From Bryobacteraceae bacterium (GTDB lineage Bacteria; Acidobacteriota; Terriglobia; Bryobacterales; Bryobacteraceae), in NCBI GenBank assembly GCA_036269275.1, contig DATASJ010000106.1:236832-300831 (forward strand): DNA of 64,000 nt. The letters are read 5' to 3'. Below the pieces are notes generated by a model. The model saw only the letters and a list, made by a program, of their open reading frames with translations, was not told where the DNA came from and did not search any database. Of the stretch, positions 17,712-27,286 are shown piece after piece. Position numbers and translations under genes: made by a program. Position 1 is the stretch's first letter; each line of letters starts with the position of its first letter.

Positions 17712-19612
17712 ACAGCAAGGCGCACATAGTCCCTAAAAACGAGGAAGAAGCGCACGAGTTGCGGCTGCTCGAGGAATCCTGGCGGCACCCGCGCGGCATC
17801 TTTGGATGGCTCAGCTACACGACGCACCAGGCGATCGGCATGCGCTATATCGTCACGGCATTTCTGTTCCTGCTGGTGGGCGGGATAGAAGCGCTGCTCA
17901 TGCGGATACAGCTCGCGAAGCCGAACAACACGTTTCTGAGTCCGGACCGCTACAACGAAATCTTTACCACTCACGGCACCACCATGATGTTCCTGTTCGC
18001 GGTGCCGATGATGGAGGGCATGGCGATTTACCTTGTGCCGCTGATGCTCGGCACCAGGAACGTCGCATTTCCGCGCCTGAACGCCTTCGGTTATTGGATG
18101 TACTTGGGCGGCTGCATCTTCCTGTACTGGGGTGTGTTCACGAATGCGGCGCCGGACGCCGGCTGGTTTGCGTATCCGCCGCTCGCCGGGCCGCAATTCG
18201 ATCCGGGAAAACGCGTCGATTTCTGGGCGCAGATGATCACCTTCACCGAAGTGTCGGCCATGTGCGTTGCGGCGGAGCTGATCGCGACCATTTTCAAGAT
18301 GCGCGCGCCCGGCATGACGCTGAACCGCATTCCGCTCTATTGCTGGTCGATGCTGGTGCAGTCTTTCATGGTGATTTTTGCGATGCCCGCGATCATGGTC
18401 GCAAGCTCGTTTCTGCTATCCGACCGCACAATCGGCACGCATTACGTGAATCCGGCGGAGGGCGGCGATCCGCTGCTGTATCAACACGTCTTCTGGTTCT
18501 TCGGGCACCCGGAGGTGTACATCATATTTATTCCAGCGCTCGGATTCGTGTCGCAAATCGTCAGCGCGCATTCGCGGCGCGAGGTGTTTGGATATCCCGC
18601 GATGGTGCTCTCGGTGGTGGCGACCGGGTTCATCGGATTCGGCCTGTGGGTGCACCACATGTTCGCAACCGGCCTGCCGCAGATCGGCGAAGCGTACTTC
18701 ACCGCGTCGAGCATGATGATTGCGATCGCGAGCGGCGTGCAGATTTTCTGCTGGATCGCGACGTTGTGGACCGGAAGGCTGCGGATGACAGCGGCCCTGC
18801 ATTTTGTTTTTGGCTTCGTGGCGATATTCGTGCTGGGCGGGCTTTCGGGAGTGATGCTCGCCTCCGTGCCGCTGGATTTGCAGGTGCACGATACCTATTT
18901 CGTGGTGGCGCACTTTCATTACGTGCTGATCGGCGGCGCGCTGTTCCCGCTCTTTGGCGCGTTCCATCACTGGTTCCCGAAGATGAGCGGCCGGCTATTG
19001 AACGAGACGATTGGGAAACTCACCTTTTGGGTGCTGTTCATCGGTTTCAACCTGACATTCTTTCCGATGCACATTCTTGGTCTGAAAGGCATGACCCGGC
19101 GCATCTATACGTATCCGCCCGAGATGGGTTGGGGTCCGGCGAACCATCTGGCGACCATCGGCGCAGGCATCATCGCGCTCGGCGGCCTCGTGTTCATCGT
19201 GAATGTGCTGATCAGCCGCAAGCGCGGCCAGGTGGCGGGCGACGACCCCTGGGATGCGGACACGCTCGAATGGGCGGCTGCATCGCCACCGGCTAATTAC
19301 AACTTCGAATATCTTCCCGCCGCGACGAGCCGCTCGCCGCTATGGGTTCCACGCGAGGAGCGCGCGGTTGTGACCGGATTGCGCAATGACCGCCGCGAAG
19401 TGCTAGTCACCACGCTGATGGATGCCGAGCCGCATCATCGCTATGTGCTACCGAAGGCCAGCATCTGGCCGCTGTTGACCGCGATCGCCGTCACGGTGGG
19501 CTTCGCGGGATCGGTCTTCAACGGCTGGTACATTTTTTGGGGCGCGGGGATTACGGGTATTGGCTTGATCGGGTGGTTCTGGCCGCGGCGGCCGCTGGAG
19601 CTGAAGCCGTGA
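17708..19612 (+). CDS. ctaD: Cytochrome c oxidase subunit I (634 aa, with a two-helix C-terminal extension)
   Basis: Heme-copper oxidase motifs are present: FFGHPEVYI, WVHHMF and HFHYVL. It shares an ATGA overlap with coxB. Confidence 0.95.
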   Translation: MNSKAHIVPKNEEEAHELRLLEESWRHPRGIFGWLSYTTHQAIGMRYIVTAFLFLLVGGIEALLMRIQLAKPNNTFLSPDRYNEIFTTHGTTMMFLFAVPMMEGMAIYLVPLMLGTRNVAFPRLNAFGYWMYLGGCIFLYWGVFTNAAPDAGWFAYPPLAGPQFDPGKRVDFWAQMITFTEVSAMCVAAELIATIFKMRAPGMTLNRIPLYCWSMLVQSFMVIFAMPAIMVASSFLLSDRTIGTHYVNPAEGGDPLLYQHVFWFFGHPEVYIIFIPALGFVSQIVSAHSRREVFGYPAMVLSVVATGFIGFGLWVHHMFATGLPQIGEAYFTASSMMIAIASGVQIFCWIATLWTGRLRMTAALHFVFGFVAIFVLGGLSGVMLASVPLDLQVHDTYFVVAHFHYVLIGGALFPLFGAFHHWFPKMSGRLLNETIGKLTFWVLFIGFNLTFFPMHILGLKGMTRRIYTYPPEMGWGPANHLATIGAGIIALGGLVFIVNVLISRKRGQVAGDDPWDADTLEWAAASPPANYNFEYLPAATSRSPLWVPREERAVVTGLRNDRREVLVTTLMDAEPHHRYVLPKASIWPLLTAIAVTVGFAGSVFNGWYIFWGAGITGIGLIGWFWPRRPLELKP

Positions 19613-20223
19613 CAGCAGCTAAAACGCTCGACGTATCGCAGCTTCCGCCTTTCGATATCTCCAGCCAGGCGCCGCTCTGGTGGGGACAAGTGTGTCTCGC
19701 CATCATCGAAGGCACGATGTTCTCCATCTTGGTGGCGTGCTATTTCTATGCCCGTTTGCGCATGGACGTGTGGCCGCCGCCTGGCGATCAGCTGCCGCAT
19801 CTTCTGATTCCGACGCTTGGGCTCATCCCGCTGCTTCTGAGCGTGCCGCCGGCCTACTTCGCGAGTCAGGCAGCCAAGAAAAACGATCGGGTCGGCATGA
19901 TTCTCCACATGGCGCTGAACCTGCTCTTCGGACTCATCTTCTTCGTCATGCGCTTATTCGAGTGGCATTCGTTGAATTTCAACTGGAAGGCGGATGCGCA
20001 GGGTTCATATGTGTGGGCGTTTCTGGGGCTGCACACGTTCGACTACGTAGGCGACTTGGGATTTACGCTGGTGTTGCTGGTCCTGGTGCTGACCGGCCGG
20101 TATGGCGAGAGGGAGCGGCTGGGAGTGCACGTGGATACCGTGGTCTGGTATTTCCTGGTGGCGATCTGGATTCCGATCTACGTGGTCATCTATTGGGGGC
20201 CGCGCATCGTAGGGACGCCGTGA
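19609..20223 (+). CDS. ctaE: Cytochrome c oxidase subunit III
   Basis: GTG 19609 overlaps the ctaD TGA (GTGA). The protein is polytopic, with LWWGQVCLAIIEGTMF and HTFDYVGD. Its size and position fit subunit III. Confidence 0.8.
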   Translation: MTAAKTLDVSQLPPFDISSQAPLWWGQVCLAIIEGTMFSILVACYFYARLRMDVWPPPGDQLPHLLIPTLGLIPLLLSVPPAYFASQAAKKNDRVGMILHMALNLLFGLIFFVMRLFEWHSLNFNWKADAQGSYVWAFLGLHTFDYVGDLGFTLVLLVLVLTGRYGERERLGVHVDTVVWYFLVAIWIPIYVVIYWGPRIVGTP

Positions 20224-20570
20224 TGAGCCGAACACGCAACCTGGCGCTGTGGACCGGAGTTCTGGCCGGGCCGTTTGTCTGGCTGCTCAGCTTTCAGGCG
20301 AACTTTACGCTTGCGCCGTGGGCATGCGAATTCAATACGAAGATTGCGCTGTTCCTGGTTACCTTGGTTGCGCTCGTCCTGGTGGCGGGTTCGGGTTGGC
20401 TTGCCTGGCGCGAATGGACGGAATTGGGTAAAGCATTGCCGGATAACGCGGCGGGCGCGCTAGGCCGTAGCCGCATCATGGCGCTGGGCGGCGTGCTGCT
20501 AAGCGCGATGTTCTTCGTGGTGATCCTGGCGCAAGCCATGCCGGAGCTGATACTAGGAGCCTGCGAGTGA
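20223..20570 (+). CDS. Small 3-TM membrane protein embedded in the oxidase operon (function unknown)
   Basis: 115 aa (MSRTRNLALWTGVLAGPFVWLLSF...). It has a TGATG overlap with ctaE and a GTGA overlap with ctaG. Confidence 0.6.
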   Translation: MSRTRNLALWTGVLAGPFVWLLSFQANFTLAPWACEFNTKIALFLVTLVALVLVAGSGWLAWREWTELGKALPDNAAGALGRSRIMALGGVLLSAMFFVVILAQAMPELILGACE

Positions 20571-21376
20571 AATCCCTCTGGACCGCCTGGGAGTTCGATC
20601 CGGGCGTGGTGATTCCACTCGCGATCTCGGCGGTTTTGTACGCGCGCGGATCGCGGCGCGAACGCACGCTCACTTTGCGCCAGAAGACTTGTTTCTGGAC
20701 GGGATGGGCGATGCTTGCTCTCGCGCTGGTCTCGCCGCTGCACCCGCTGGGCGAAGAATTGTTTTCCGCGCACATGATCCAGCACGAGATTTTGATGCTG
20801 GCGGCAGCTCCGCTGCTGGTGCTCTCGCGCCCGCTGGTGACATTTCTTTGGGGCATGCCGATTGCATGGCGGCGCGCAACCGGCGCTTGGGCAAAGGCAG
20901 CGTATGTTCGAAAATCGTGGACTTTCTTGACAGATCCGTTGACGGCCTGGTCAATTCATGCCGCGGCTATCTGGCTGTGGCACGTTCCGTTCCTCTTTCA
21001 ATTGACGCTCAAGAGCGAGCTTGCGCACACGGCCCAGCACTTGAGTTTCTTCCTTTCGGCGCTGCTGTTCTGGTGGGCGCTGTTCTACGCGCACGGGCGG
21101 CTGGCGTATGGGGCCGCCGTGTTCTACGTCTTCACTACGGCCGTGCACACCAGCATACTGGGCGCATTGCTTACGTTTTCTCCGCATCTTTGGTATCCGC
21201 TTTACAGCACGACCACGCAGGCATGGGGCTTAACGCCGTTGCAGGATCAGCAACTGGGCGGGCTGGTGATGTGGGTGCCCGCCGGGCTGGTCTATCTGGC
21301 GGCCGGCCTGTGGCTGTTTGCCGCGTGGCTGAAAGAAAGCGATGCGCTGTTGGGAAGGACGCGCGGTGCGAAGTAG
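20567..21376 (+). CDS. ctaG: Cytochrome c oxidase assembly factor, Caa3_CtaG family
   Basis: 269 aa and polytopic, with WEFDPGVVIPLAISAVLY, SAHMIQHEILMLAAAPLLVL and LQDQQLGGLVMW, which is typical of the Bacillus-type CtaG family. Confidence 0.8.
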   Translation: MKSLWTAWEFDPGVVIPLAISAVLYARGSRRERTLTLRQKTCFWTGWAMLALALVSPLHPLGEELFSAHMIQHEILMLAAAPLLVLSRPLVTFLWGMPIAWRRATGAWAKAAYVRKSWTFLTDPLTAWSIHAAAIWLWHVPFLFQLTLKSELAHTAQHLSFFLSALLFWWALFYAHGRLAYGAAVFYVFTTAVHTSILGALLTFSPHLWYPLYSTTTQAWGLTPLQDQQLGGLVMWVPAGLVYLAAGLWLFAAWLKESDALLGRTRGAK

Positions 21377-21746
21377 CATCTTGTTGGCAGCGATGCTGGC
21401 TGCCACGGCTCTGTTCGTCTGCTCGTGCGGCAACAGCGCCGAGCACACTGCGGAGGTAACCACCGGAGGCGACGCGCGCCGGGGAGCCGCAGCCATCAGC
21501 CGCTACGGATGCGGCGCGTGCCACGTCATTCCGGGTGTTTCGGGCGCGCAAGGTTTAGCCGGCCCACCGCTTTCCGGGATCGCGAGCCGGACCTATATTG
21601 CAGGCGTATTGCAGAACACGCCGGAGAACATGATGCGCTGGATCGAGAATCCTCCGGCCGTCGATGAACATACCGTGATGCCGAACCTGCACGTCACCGC
21701 GAAAGATGCAGCCGATATCGCGGGATATCTGTACACGTTGAAGTAG
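21366..21746 (+). CDS. Mono-heme c-type cytochrome
   Basis: The heme motif is CGACH and the Met ligand region is TVMPN. GTG 21366 gives the signal VRSSILLAAMLAATALFVCSC and overlaps the ctaG stop. The ORF-track start is 21342. Confidence 0.8.
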   Translation: MRSSILLAAMLAATALFVCSCGNSAEHTAEVTTGGDARRGAAAISRYGCGACHVIPGVSGAQGLAGPPLSGIASRTYIAGVLQNTPENMMRWIENPPAVDEHTVMPNLHVTAKDAADIAGYLYTLK

Positions 21747-21796
21747 ATGGCTAGTCTAATCCCTGCAGCAAACAAAAATATTGAGGAGAGAACCAG

Positions 21797-22192
21797 ATGA
21801 TTACACTCGCGGACGCACGGCGAATCATCGCCGCGGCTGAACAGAAAGCGCAAGAGATCGGCCAGCCGATGAACATTGCGGTTGTGGATCAAGGTGGAAA
21901 CCTGATTGCGCACGTGCGCATGGACAATGCCTGGATCGGCAGCGTCGATATTTCGATCAAGAAGGCCTGGACCGCGCGCGCCTTCGACATTTCGACGAAA
22001 GATCTGGCCGAGAACAGTCAATCCGGCGATCAATTCTTCGGCATTCACGTTTCGAACGACTGCCGCGTGATGATATTCGCGGGCGGCATTCCGCTGAAAA
22101 AGGGCGGACAGGTGGTAGGCGGTATCGGCGTCAGCGGCGGGGTCGGCAAACAAGACCAGGCAGTTGCGGAGGCGGGCGCGGAGGCGTTCTGA
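21797..22192 (+). CDS. GlcG/HbpS-like heme-binding protein (DUF336)
   Basis: MITLADARRIIAAAEQKAQEIGQPMNIAVVDQGGNLIAHVRMDNAWIGSVDISIKKAWTA and GGIPL..GGQVVGGIGVSGG are typical of DUF336. Confidence 0.85.
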   Translation: MITLADARRIIAAAEQKAQEIGQPMNIAVVDQGGNLIAHVRMDNAWIGSVDISIKKAWTARAFDISTKDLAENSQSGDQFFGIHVSNDCRVMIFAGGIPLKKGGQVVGGIGVSGGVGKQDQAVAEAGAEAF

Positions 22193-22207
22193 GGCTTAGC
22201 GGCGCGG

Positions 22208-22888
22208 TCAAATAATTCCGTGCTCGATGGCGTAGCGCGTCAGCTCGGCTGTGGTATGCAAGCCGAGCTGATCCATCAGCTTGGCTTTGTGAAACTCCAC
22301 CGTCTTGACCGAGATTTGCAGGATATCGGCGATCTCCTTGCCGGATTTCCCTTCGCCCACCAATTGCAGGACTTCGCGCTGGCGCGGCGTGAGCTGGCCG
22401 GCAAACCACTCGAGCGGATTGCCGCCGCCGTTCAGAAGACCGGCGATTTCTTTCGGGACCACCAAGCGCGTGACATAAAACCGGCCGGCCAATACTTCGC
22501 GCAGCGCGGTCAACAATTCCGTGGGAGCGGACTGTTTGACGACGTAGCCTCTGGCCCCGGCCTGCAATGCCGCCTGCACATACTCTTTTCCCGTTTGTTG
22601 CGTGAGTACGACGATCCTCGCTTTGGGAGCCGCTTTGCAGATCTGGCGGGTCGCCTCAATGCCGTTCAGCAGCGGCATGGATATGTCGATGAGAATTGCA
22701 TCGGGCCGGAGTTCGGCGGCGAGATCTACCAGTTCGCGCCCGTTGCTTGCCACACCGGCGATTTCAAAATCCTTTTCCAACAGCTTGGAAAGCCCGGCCA
22801 CCACCAGGCTGTGATCGTCGGCGAGCAAGATCCTAGGTTTTGCGGCCGATGCCCCCGAGACTTTTGGGGGCTCTGGAGTATTCATCAC
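22208..22888 (-). CDS. Two-component response regulator, NarL/LuxR family
   Basis: The REC domain shows ILLADDH and DAILIDISMPLLNG. The HTH region reads LTPRQREVLQLVGEGKSGKEIADILQISVKTVEFHKAKLM. Confidence 0.92.
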   Translation of the reverse strand: MMNTPEPPKVSGASAAKPRILLADDHSLVVAGLSKLLEKDFEIAGVASNGRELVDLAAELRPDAILIDISMPLLNGIEATRQICKAAPKARIVVLTQQTGKEYVQAALQAGARGYVVKQSAPTELLTALREVLAGRFYVTRLVVPKEIAGLLNGGGNPLEWFAGQLTPRQREVLQLVGEGKSGKEIADILQISVKTVEFHKAKLMDQLGLHTTAELTRYAIEHGII

Positions 22889-22943
22889 GTGAGCTAAAGT
22901 TTATCTCAATTTAGATTAAAACAAGAATTGCCGGGGAGTGCTC

Positions 22944-25900
22944 TTACCGCTCTTCCGTGTCGAGGGGCACCTCTACCGCAACGGTCGTGCCCTTCCCCAG
23001 GGCGGAGTGGATCGAAAGTTTTCCATTCACCAGGTTCGCGCGTTCCGCCATGCTGATCAAGCCGAGCCCCTGGCGCGTGGATTCCATATCGAAACCTTCC
23101 CCGAAATCCGCAATTTCAAGCCGAAGCTTCTGGTCCAGTGCTTCGAGCGTAATCTTCACGTGCGTGCGTCCGGCGTGCTTGGCCACGTTGCGCAGCGCTT
23201 CCTGCGTAATGCGATAGAGAGCGGCGGCGGCATTCTGGGGGATGTGTTCCGGAACGTTCTGGCGCTGCAGCGTGACCATCATGTTCTCGCGCTCGCTAAA
23301 TTCGTCGCCCAGCGCCTTGAGCGCATAGGATAGCCCCAGGTCATCGAGCATCGAGGGGTGCAGCCCGTGCGAAATTTTGCGCACATCATCGGCGAGCGCG
23401 CCTGTCCGGGCGGCCACCGCATCAATCATCTTGTGAGTGTCGGAATCGCGCGGCACGGAAGCGCTCAAGTGCTGCAAGTCCATTCCCAGGACGGCGAGCC
23501 TTTGGCTGATATCGTCATGCAGCTCGCGGGCGACCCGCCGCCGCTCTTCCTCCTGGGCCTGGAACAAACTGGCCGAGAGAGCCCGCAGTTCCTCTTGCGT
23601 TCGATCCAAAGCCTGCACGGTAGAGCGCACCGTGCCTTCGAGCTGCTCCTTCTCGCGCTGGATGATTTTTTCGGCGCGTTTCCGCCCAGTGATGTTCTCG
23701 ACGGTGAGTAAAATGACCTGCTCGCCCTCGATCTGAACCACCCTTCCTTGCACTTGGAGCACCCGGTATTCCGGCGTTCCAATCTCATGGTCCAATTCAA
23801 AGCCCGGGGCGCTGGGTCCCTGGTCGCGAAGCCGCTCCAGCATGGGCCGGATTGGCCCCATGTTCCAAAGCAACTGCACCAGGTCAGGAAATGAATCGGA
23901 AACCAACTCTTCCGCCGTCCGCCCGGCGAGTTCGCGGAACGCGCTGTTGGTGTCCCGAATGCGGAGATCCATGTTCAGAACCACCAGCGGGATATTGACA
24001 CTGTCTACGACCGCGAGGGCGAAATCGTGGGCGTCCTTCAACTGTTGCTGGCTTTTCCGGAGTTGGTCAATGTCCACCAGCACCAGCACCAACCCCTCGA
24101 TCTTGTTGTCGCTGGTCCGGTAAGGCCGCACGCGCAGTAAATGCCAACGGCCATGGCGATCCTGGACCTCCAACTCGTGGGTTGCCAAGGTATCCAGCAC
24201 GTCCTGCAGAATGGGCTCGAGATTTTCCACGCTCAGGTTGAGGCGAATATCCGTGATGGGCCGGCCCAGATCCGCTGCCCGGATGTTCATCAGCTTCTGC
24301 GAAGGCGGTGTGAAATGCCGGATCTGCAGCTCGTTATTCAGCATCAACACGGGAATATTGACGTTTGTCAGAAGGTTGTTCAAATCGTTGGTGGCCTGCG
24401 TCAGCGTGGCGTTACGAAGCTGCAGCTCTTCATTTGTGGTCTGCAGCTCTTCGTTCGAGCTCTGCAGCTCCTCCTTGGTCGTCTCCAGCTCTTCGTTCGT
24501 GCTTTGCAGCTCTTCGTTGGCGGACTGAATCTCCTCATTCGCCGAAATCAGCTCCTGATTACGGGCGTCGCGCTCTTCGATCAGCGATTGCAGATAGACT
24601 TTGGTAGTGCTCAGATCGTGCCTTAGCTGCACGATCGATTCCGCGATCAATCCCTGTTCCCGTTGCGACGCGGCGGCTGGCCATGGGAGCGTCCGGGCAA
24701 GTATTTCCGGCTGGTCGCTCTTCGAAACGGGCGCGAAGAGAATCACGTAGCAGCGTGGCCGGGCAGGCACACTCGGAACCGGCAAGACCTCTAGATTCGT
24801 ACGCTCGGTTTCCGTTCCGTTCCGTAGCTCGAGATCTTCCACCCGCACCGGCATATCCCGTTCCACTGCATAGCGAACCGCGTCGCGCACTCGCGAAGCG
24901 ATATTTTCTTTCAACATATGCAGCAACTGAAAACTGGCCGGGCCCGGCGTCACATCCACGAACGGGCTTGTAGTTCCCCGGAACTGGAGCACCTCCAACG
25001 ACTCATTAATAACCAAGCCGGGCGGCCCGTAACGGGCAAGCACCAGACGGTCCACCGTGCGCTGCAACTCCAGGTCTGTCCACCTCTCCAGGTGAGCTGG
25101 GCCTGTTGCAGTCAACTCGGACCGGCCCGCCGCTTCCAGAGAAGGCGGCAGGCGATGGGGCAGATCGAAGTGCACGGGAGTGGTGGCGGCCGTTTTGGCG
25201 TAGAACTTGGCCTTGCGATCTACCAGCGTGAACAGTCCCGTAAATTCCCGGATCGTCTCGGTGGCGCCAAGCAGCAGATATCCATTCGGGCGGAGCGCAT
25301 AATTGAAGGTTTGAATGAGCCGCCGTTGCAGAGTATGGCCGAAATAGATCAAAACGTTGCGGCAACTGACAAGGTCCAGTTTCGAAAACGGCGGATCGTT
25401 GCACAGGTTCTGACAGGCGAAGATGCACAGGTCGCGAACCCGCTTCGAGACCTGGTATCCGCTATCCACCCGCGTGAAAAACCGGCGCAGGCGGTCCGCG
25501 GAAACGTCCGTGACGATGCTTTCCGTATACGTGCCGAGCCGCGCTTTCTCAATGGAGGCGCTGCTGGCGTCGGTACCGAAGATCTGAATGGCCGGCTCGA
25601 ACGGATGCCCCGCGACGAACTCCAGAAGACAGATTGCGAACGAATAGGCTTCTTCGCCGGATGAGCAGCCCGGCACCCAGATTCGCACCTGCTGATCGGG
25701 AGACCGCTCGGCGAAGATGGTGGGCAGGATCTCGCTCTTGAAGGCCTGGAACACATCGGGCTCGCGAAAGAAGTGAGTGACGTTGATGAGCGCATCCTCA
25801 TGCAGTTGGCGAACTTCTTCGGGATGCCCCTGAAGATATTCAACGTATTCCTGCATGGTGTCGATTTTCTTCACGATCAATCGGCGAGCTACGCGCCGCC

Positions 25901-26720
25901 GTATGGTTCCGGGCTTATATAATCGAAAATCGACGCCGGAGACGCCGCGCAAGATCGTCAGAACGCGCGCGAATTGGCTCTCATCGAAGGCGGCAATGCC
26001 CTCCCTGAGCTGCATTAGCTGCGGGTTCGCGAAGCGTTCGGCGAGTCGCCCGAGTTGAATACCGATCTCCGGGGGATCTATGACCAGGTCCACATGATCG
26101 GCGGCAATGCTGCTGCGCGGCATGCCGGGAAAGCGCGCCGTCTCAGGAGTCTGAACGATCGCGATGCCGCCCTCGCCTTTGATGGTCTTCAGGCCGATCG
26201 CGCCGTCGGAAGCGGTTCCCGACAAAATCACGCCGATAGCGCGGGTTTTTTGATGCGCCGCCAGGGAGCGGAAGAAGCGATCGATGGACATGGGCGCCCG
26301 GTTCTCCTCTAGCCGGGCGTGAAGCGTCAGCACGCCATCCTCGATGATCACGAAGGATTTCGGAGGCAGAATATAGACGTGATTAGGCTCGGGGCGGGTG
26401 TGATTCGCGATTTCCGTCACCGGCATGGTGGTCTTGCGCGCCAGGATCTCCGTCAGGTGGCTCTTTTGATCGCGGGCGAGATGCGGGACCACGACGAAAG
26501 CCATCCCGGTATAAACCGGCAAGTTCGCAAACAGATCCATCAGCGGTTCCAGGCCACCCGCCGACGCCCCGATTCCGACCACCGGAAGCGGTAATGCGCT
26601 GGCGGCCCCGTCCATCTCCGCGGGACTGATTACAATGTCCGGAGCACTCGGTCCCTCCGAGCCATCCGGTGGCAAGTCGCGCGCTTCCGGTTGTTGCGGT
26701 GTATCGGCCAAATCACTCAA
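22944..26720 (-). CDS. Multidomain sensor: CheB-like methylesterase, CheR-like methyltransferase, coiled coil, PAS domains, HisKA_3 and HATPase_c
   Basis: 1258 aa. The CheB part reads VVGIGASAGGLEPL. The CheR SAM-binding part reads VRIWVPGCSSGEEAYSFAICL. The NEELQS/T heptad array reads ANEEIQSANEELQSTNEELETTKEELQSSNEELQTTNEELQ. PAS regions follow, then the H-box ELHDDISQRLAVL and the ATPase region DFGEGF. Confidence 0.9.
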   Translation of the reverse strand: MSDLADTPQQPEARDLPPDGSEGPSAPDIVISPAEMDGAASALPLPVVGIGASAGGLEPLMDLFANLPVYTGMAFVVVPHLARDQKSHLTEILARKTTMPVTEIANHTRPEPNHVYILPPKSFVIIEDGVLTLHARLEENRAPMSIDRFFRSLAAHQKTRAIGVILSGTASDGAIGLKTIKGEGGIAIVQTPETARFPGMPRSSIAADHVDLVIDPPEIGIQLGRLAERFANPQLMQLREGIAAFDESQFARVLTILRGVSGVDFRLYKPGTIRRRVARRLIVKKIDTMQEYVEYLQGHPEEVRQLHEDALINVTHFFREPDVFQAFKSEILPTIFAERSPDQQVRIWVPGCSSGEEAYSFAICLLEFVAGHPFEPAIQIFGTDASSASIEKARLGTYTESIVTDVSADRLRRFFTRVDSGYQVSKRVRDLCIFACQNLCNDPPFSKLDLVSCRNVLIYFGHTLQRRLIQTFNYALRPNGYLLLGATETIREFTGLFTLVDRKAKFYAKTAATTPVHFDLPHRLPPSLEAAGRSELTATGPAHLERWTDLELQRTVDRLVLARYGPPGLVINESLEVLQFRGTTSPFVDVTPGPASFQLLHMLKENIASRVRDAVRYAVERDMPVRVEDLELRNGTETERTNLEVLPVPSVPARPRCYVILFAPVSKSDQPEILARTLPWPAAASQREQGLIAESIVQLRHDLSTTKVYLQSLIEERDARNQELISANEEIQSANEELQSTNEELETTKEELQSSNEELQTTNEELQLRNATLTQATNDLNNLLTNVNIPVLMLNNELQIRHFTPPSQKLMNIRAADLGRPITDIRLNLSVENLEPILQDVLDTLATHELEVQDRHGRWHLLRVRPYRTSDNKIEGLVLVLVDIDQLRKSQQQLKDAHDFALAVVDSVNIPLVVLNMDLRIRDTNSAFRELAGRTAEELVSDSFPDLVQLLWNMGPIRPMLERLRDQGPSAPGFELDHEIGTPEYRVLQVQGRVVQIEGEQVILLTVENITGRKRAEKIIQREKEQLEGTVRSTVQALDRTQEELRALSASLFQAQEEERRRVARELHDDISQRLAVLGMDLQHLSASVPRDSDTHKMIDAVAARTGALADDVRKISHGLHPSMLDDLGLSYALKALGDEFSERENMMVTLQRQNVPEHIPQNAAAALYRITQEALRNVAKHAGRTHVKITLEALDQKLRLEIADFGEGFDMESTRQGLGLISMAERANLVNGKLSIHSALGKGTTVAVEVPLDTEER

Positions 26721-26774
26721 GACGCGTACCTCCGCCTCACTGAATTGACTATACGCCCCCGGAGGGCGAAGGTA

Positions 26775-27173
26775 TCACGAAGGTGGGGAGAGTTGTGGTG
26801 ACAGAAACGTATGTCCGGCACTCACCTCGCGAATGGCGAGCAGCAGATCGGCCACCACATTGCGCTTCAGCACATAGCCCGAGGCCCCGACGTGCAAAGC
26901 CTTGTCGATGTATGCCGGCTCGGAGTGCTGGGTCACAAAGATGATCTTGATCGCCGGCCAACTGTGGTGTATCTGCTCGGCCAACGAGAAGCCGCCCATG
27001 GCAGGCATGGATATGTCCAGCAGGACCAGCTCCGGACAGAGCCGGTCGATGCTGCTCAGCACGGACTCGCAATTTTCGTAGTCTGCAAGCACTTCGTGCT
27101 CACCAGCCACGAGGTCTTTGATGCGCTCGCGCACCCCGAAATGGTCGTCGGCCAAGACTAATCGCACGCTCAT
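26775..27173 (-). CDS. Stand-alone receiver (CheY-like) response regulator
   Basis: 132 aa with VRLVLADDH and ELVLLDISMPAMGG..K. There is no output domain. Confidence 0.88.
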   Translation of the reverse strand: MSVRLVLADDHFGVRERIKDLVAGEHEVLADYENCESVLSSIDRLCPELVLLDISMPAMGGFSLAEQIHHSWPAIKIIFVTQHSEPAYIDKALHVGASGYVLKRNVVADLLLAIREVSAGHTFLSPQLSPPS

Positions 27174-27286
27174 TCCCGCATTGACGAGAAGCGAAGCCCC
27201 AGCGTCGCCCTCTGTTGATTCGGACGCACTCGGGGTTCAAATGATCTCCACCCCTTCTATCCGTAAAATTTCTATTTACTGGCCAC

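Noticed and set aside
24390-24560. A periodic DNA repeat (GCTGCAGCTCTTCGTT-like units of about 21 nt) that at first glance resembles a repeat array.
   Set aside because: It lies inside the CheB/CheR kinase ORF and encodes the heptad NEELQS/T coiled-coil array (ANEEIQSANEELQSTNEELETTKEELQSSNEELQTTNEELQ). There are no unique spacers, so it is not a CRISPR array or a noncoding element.
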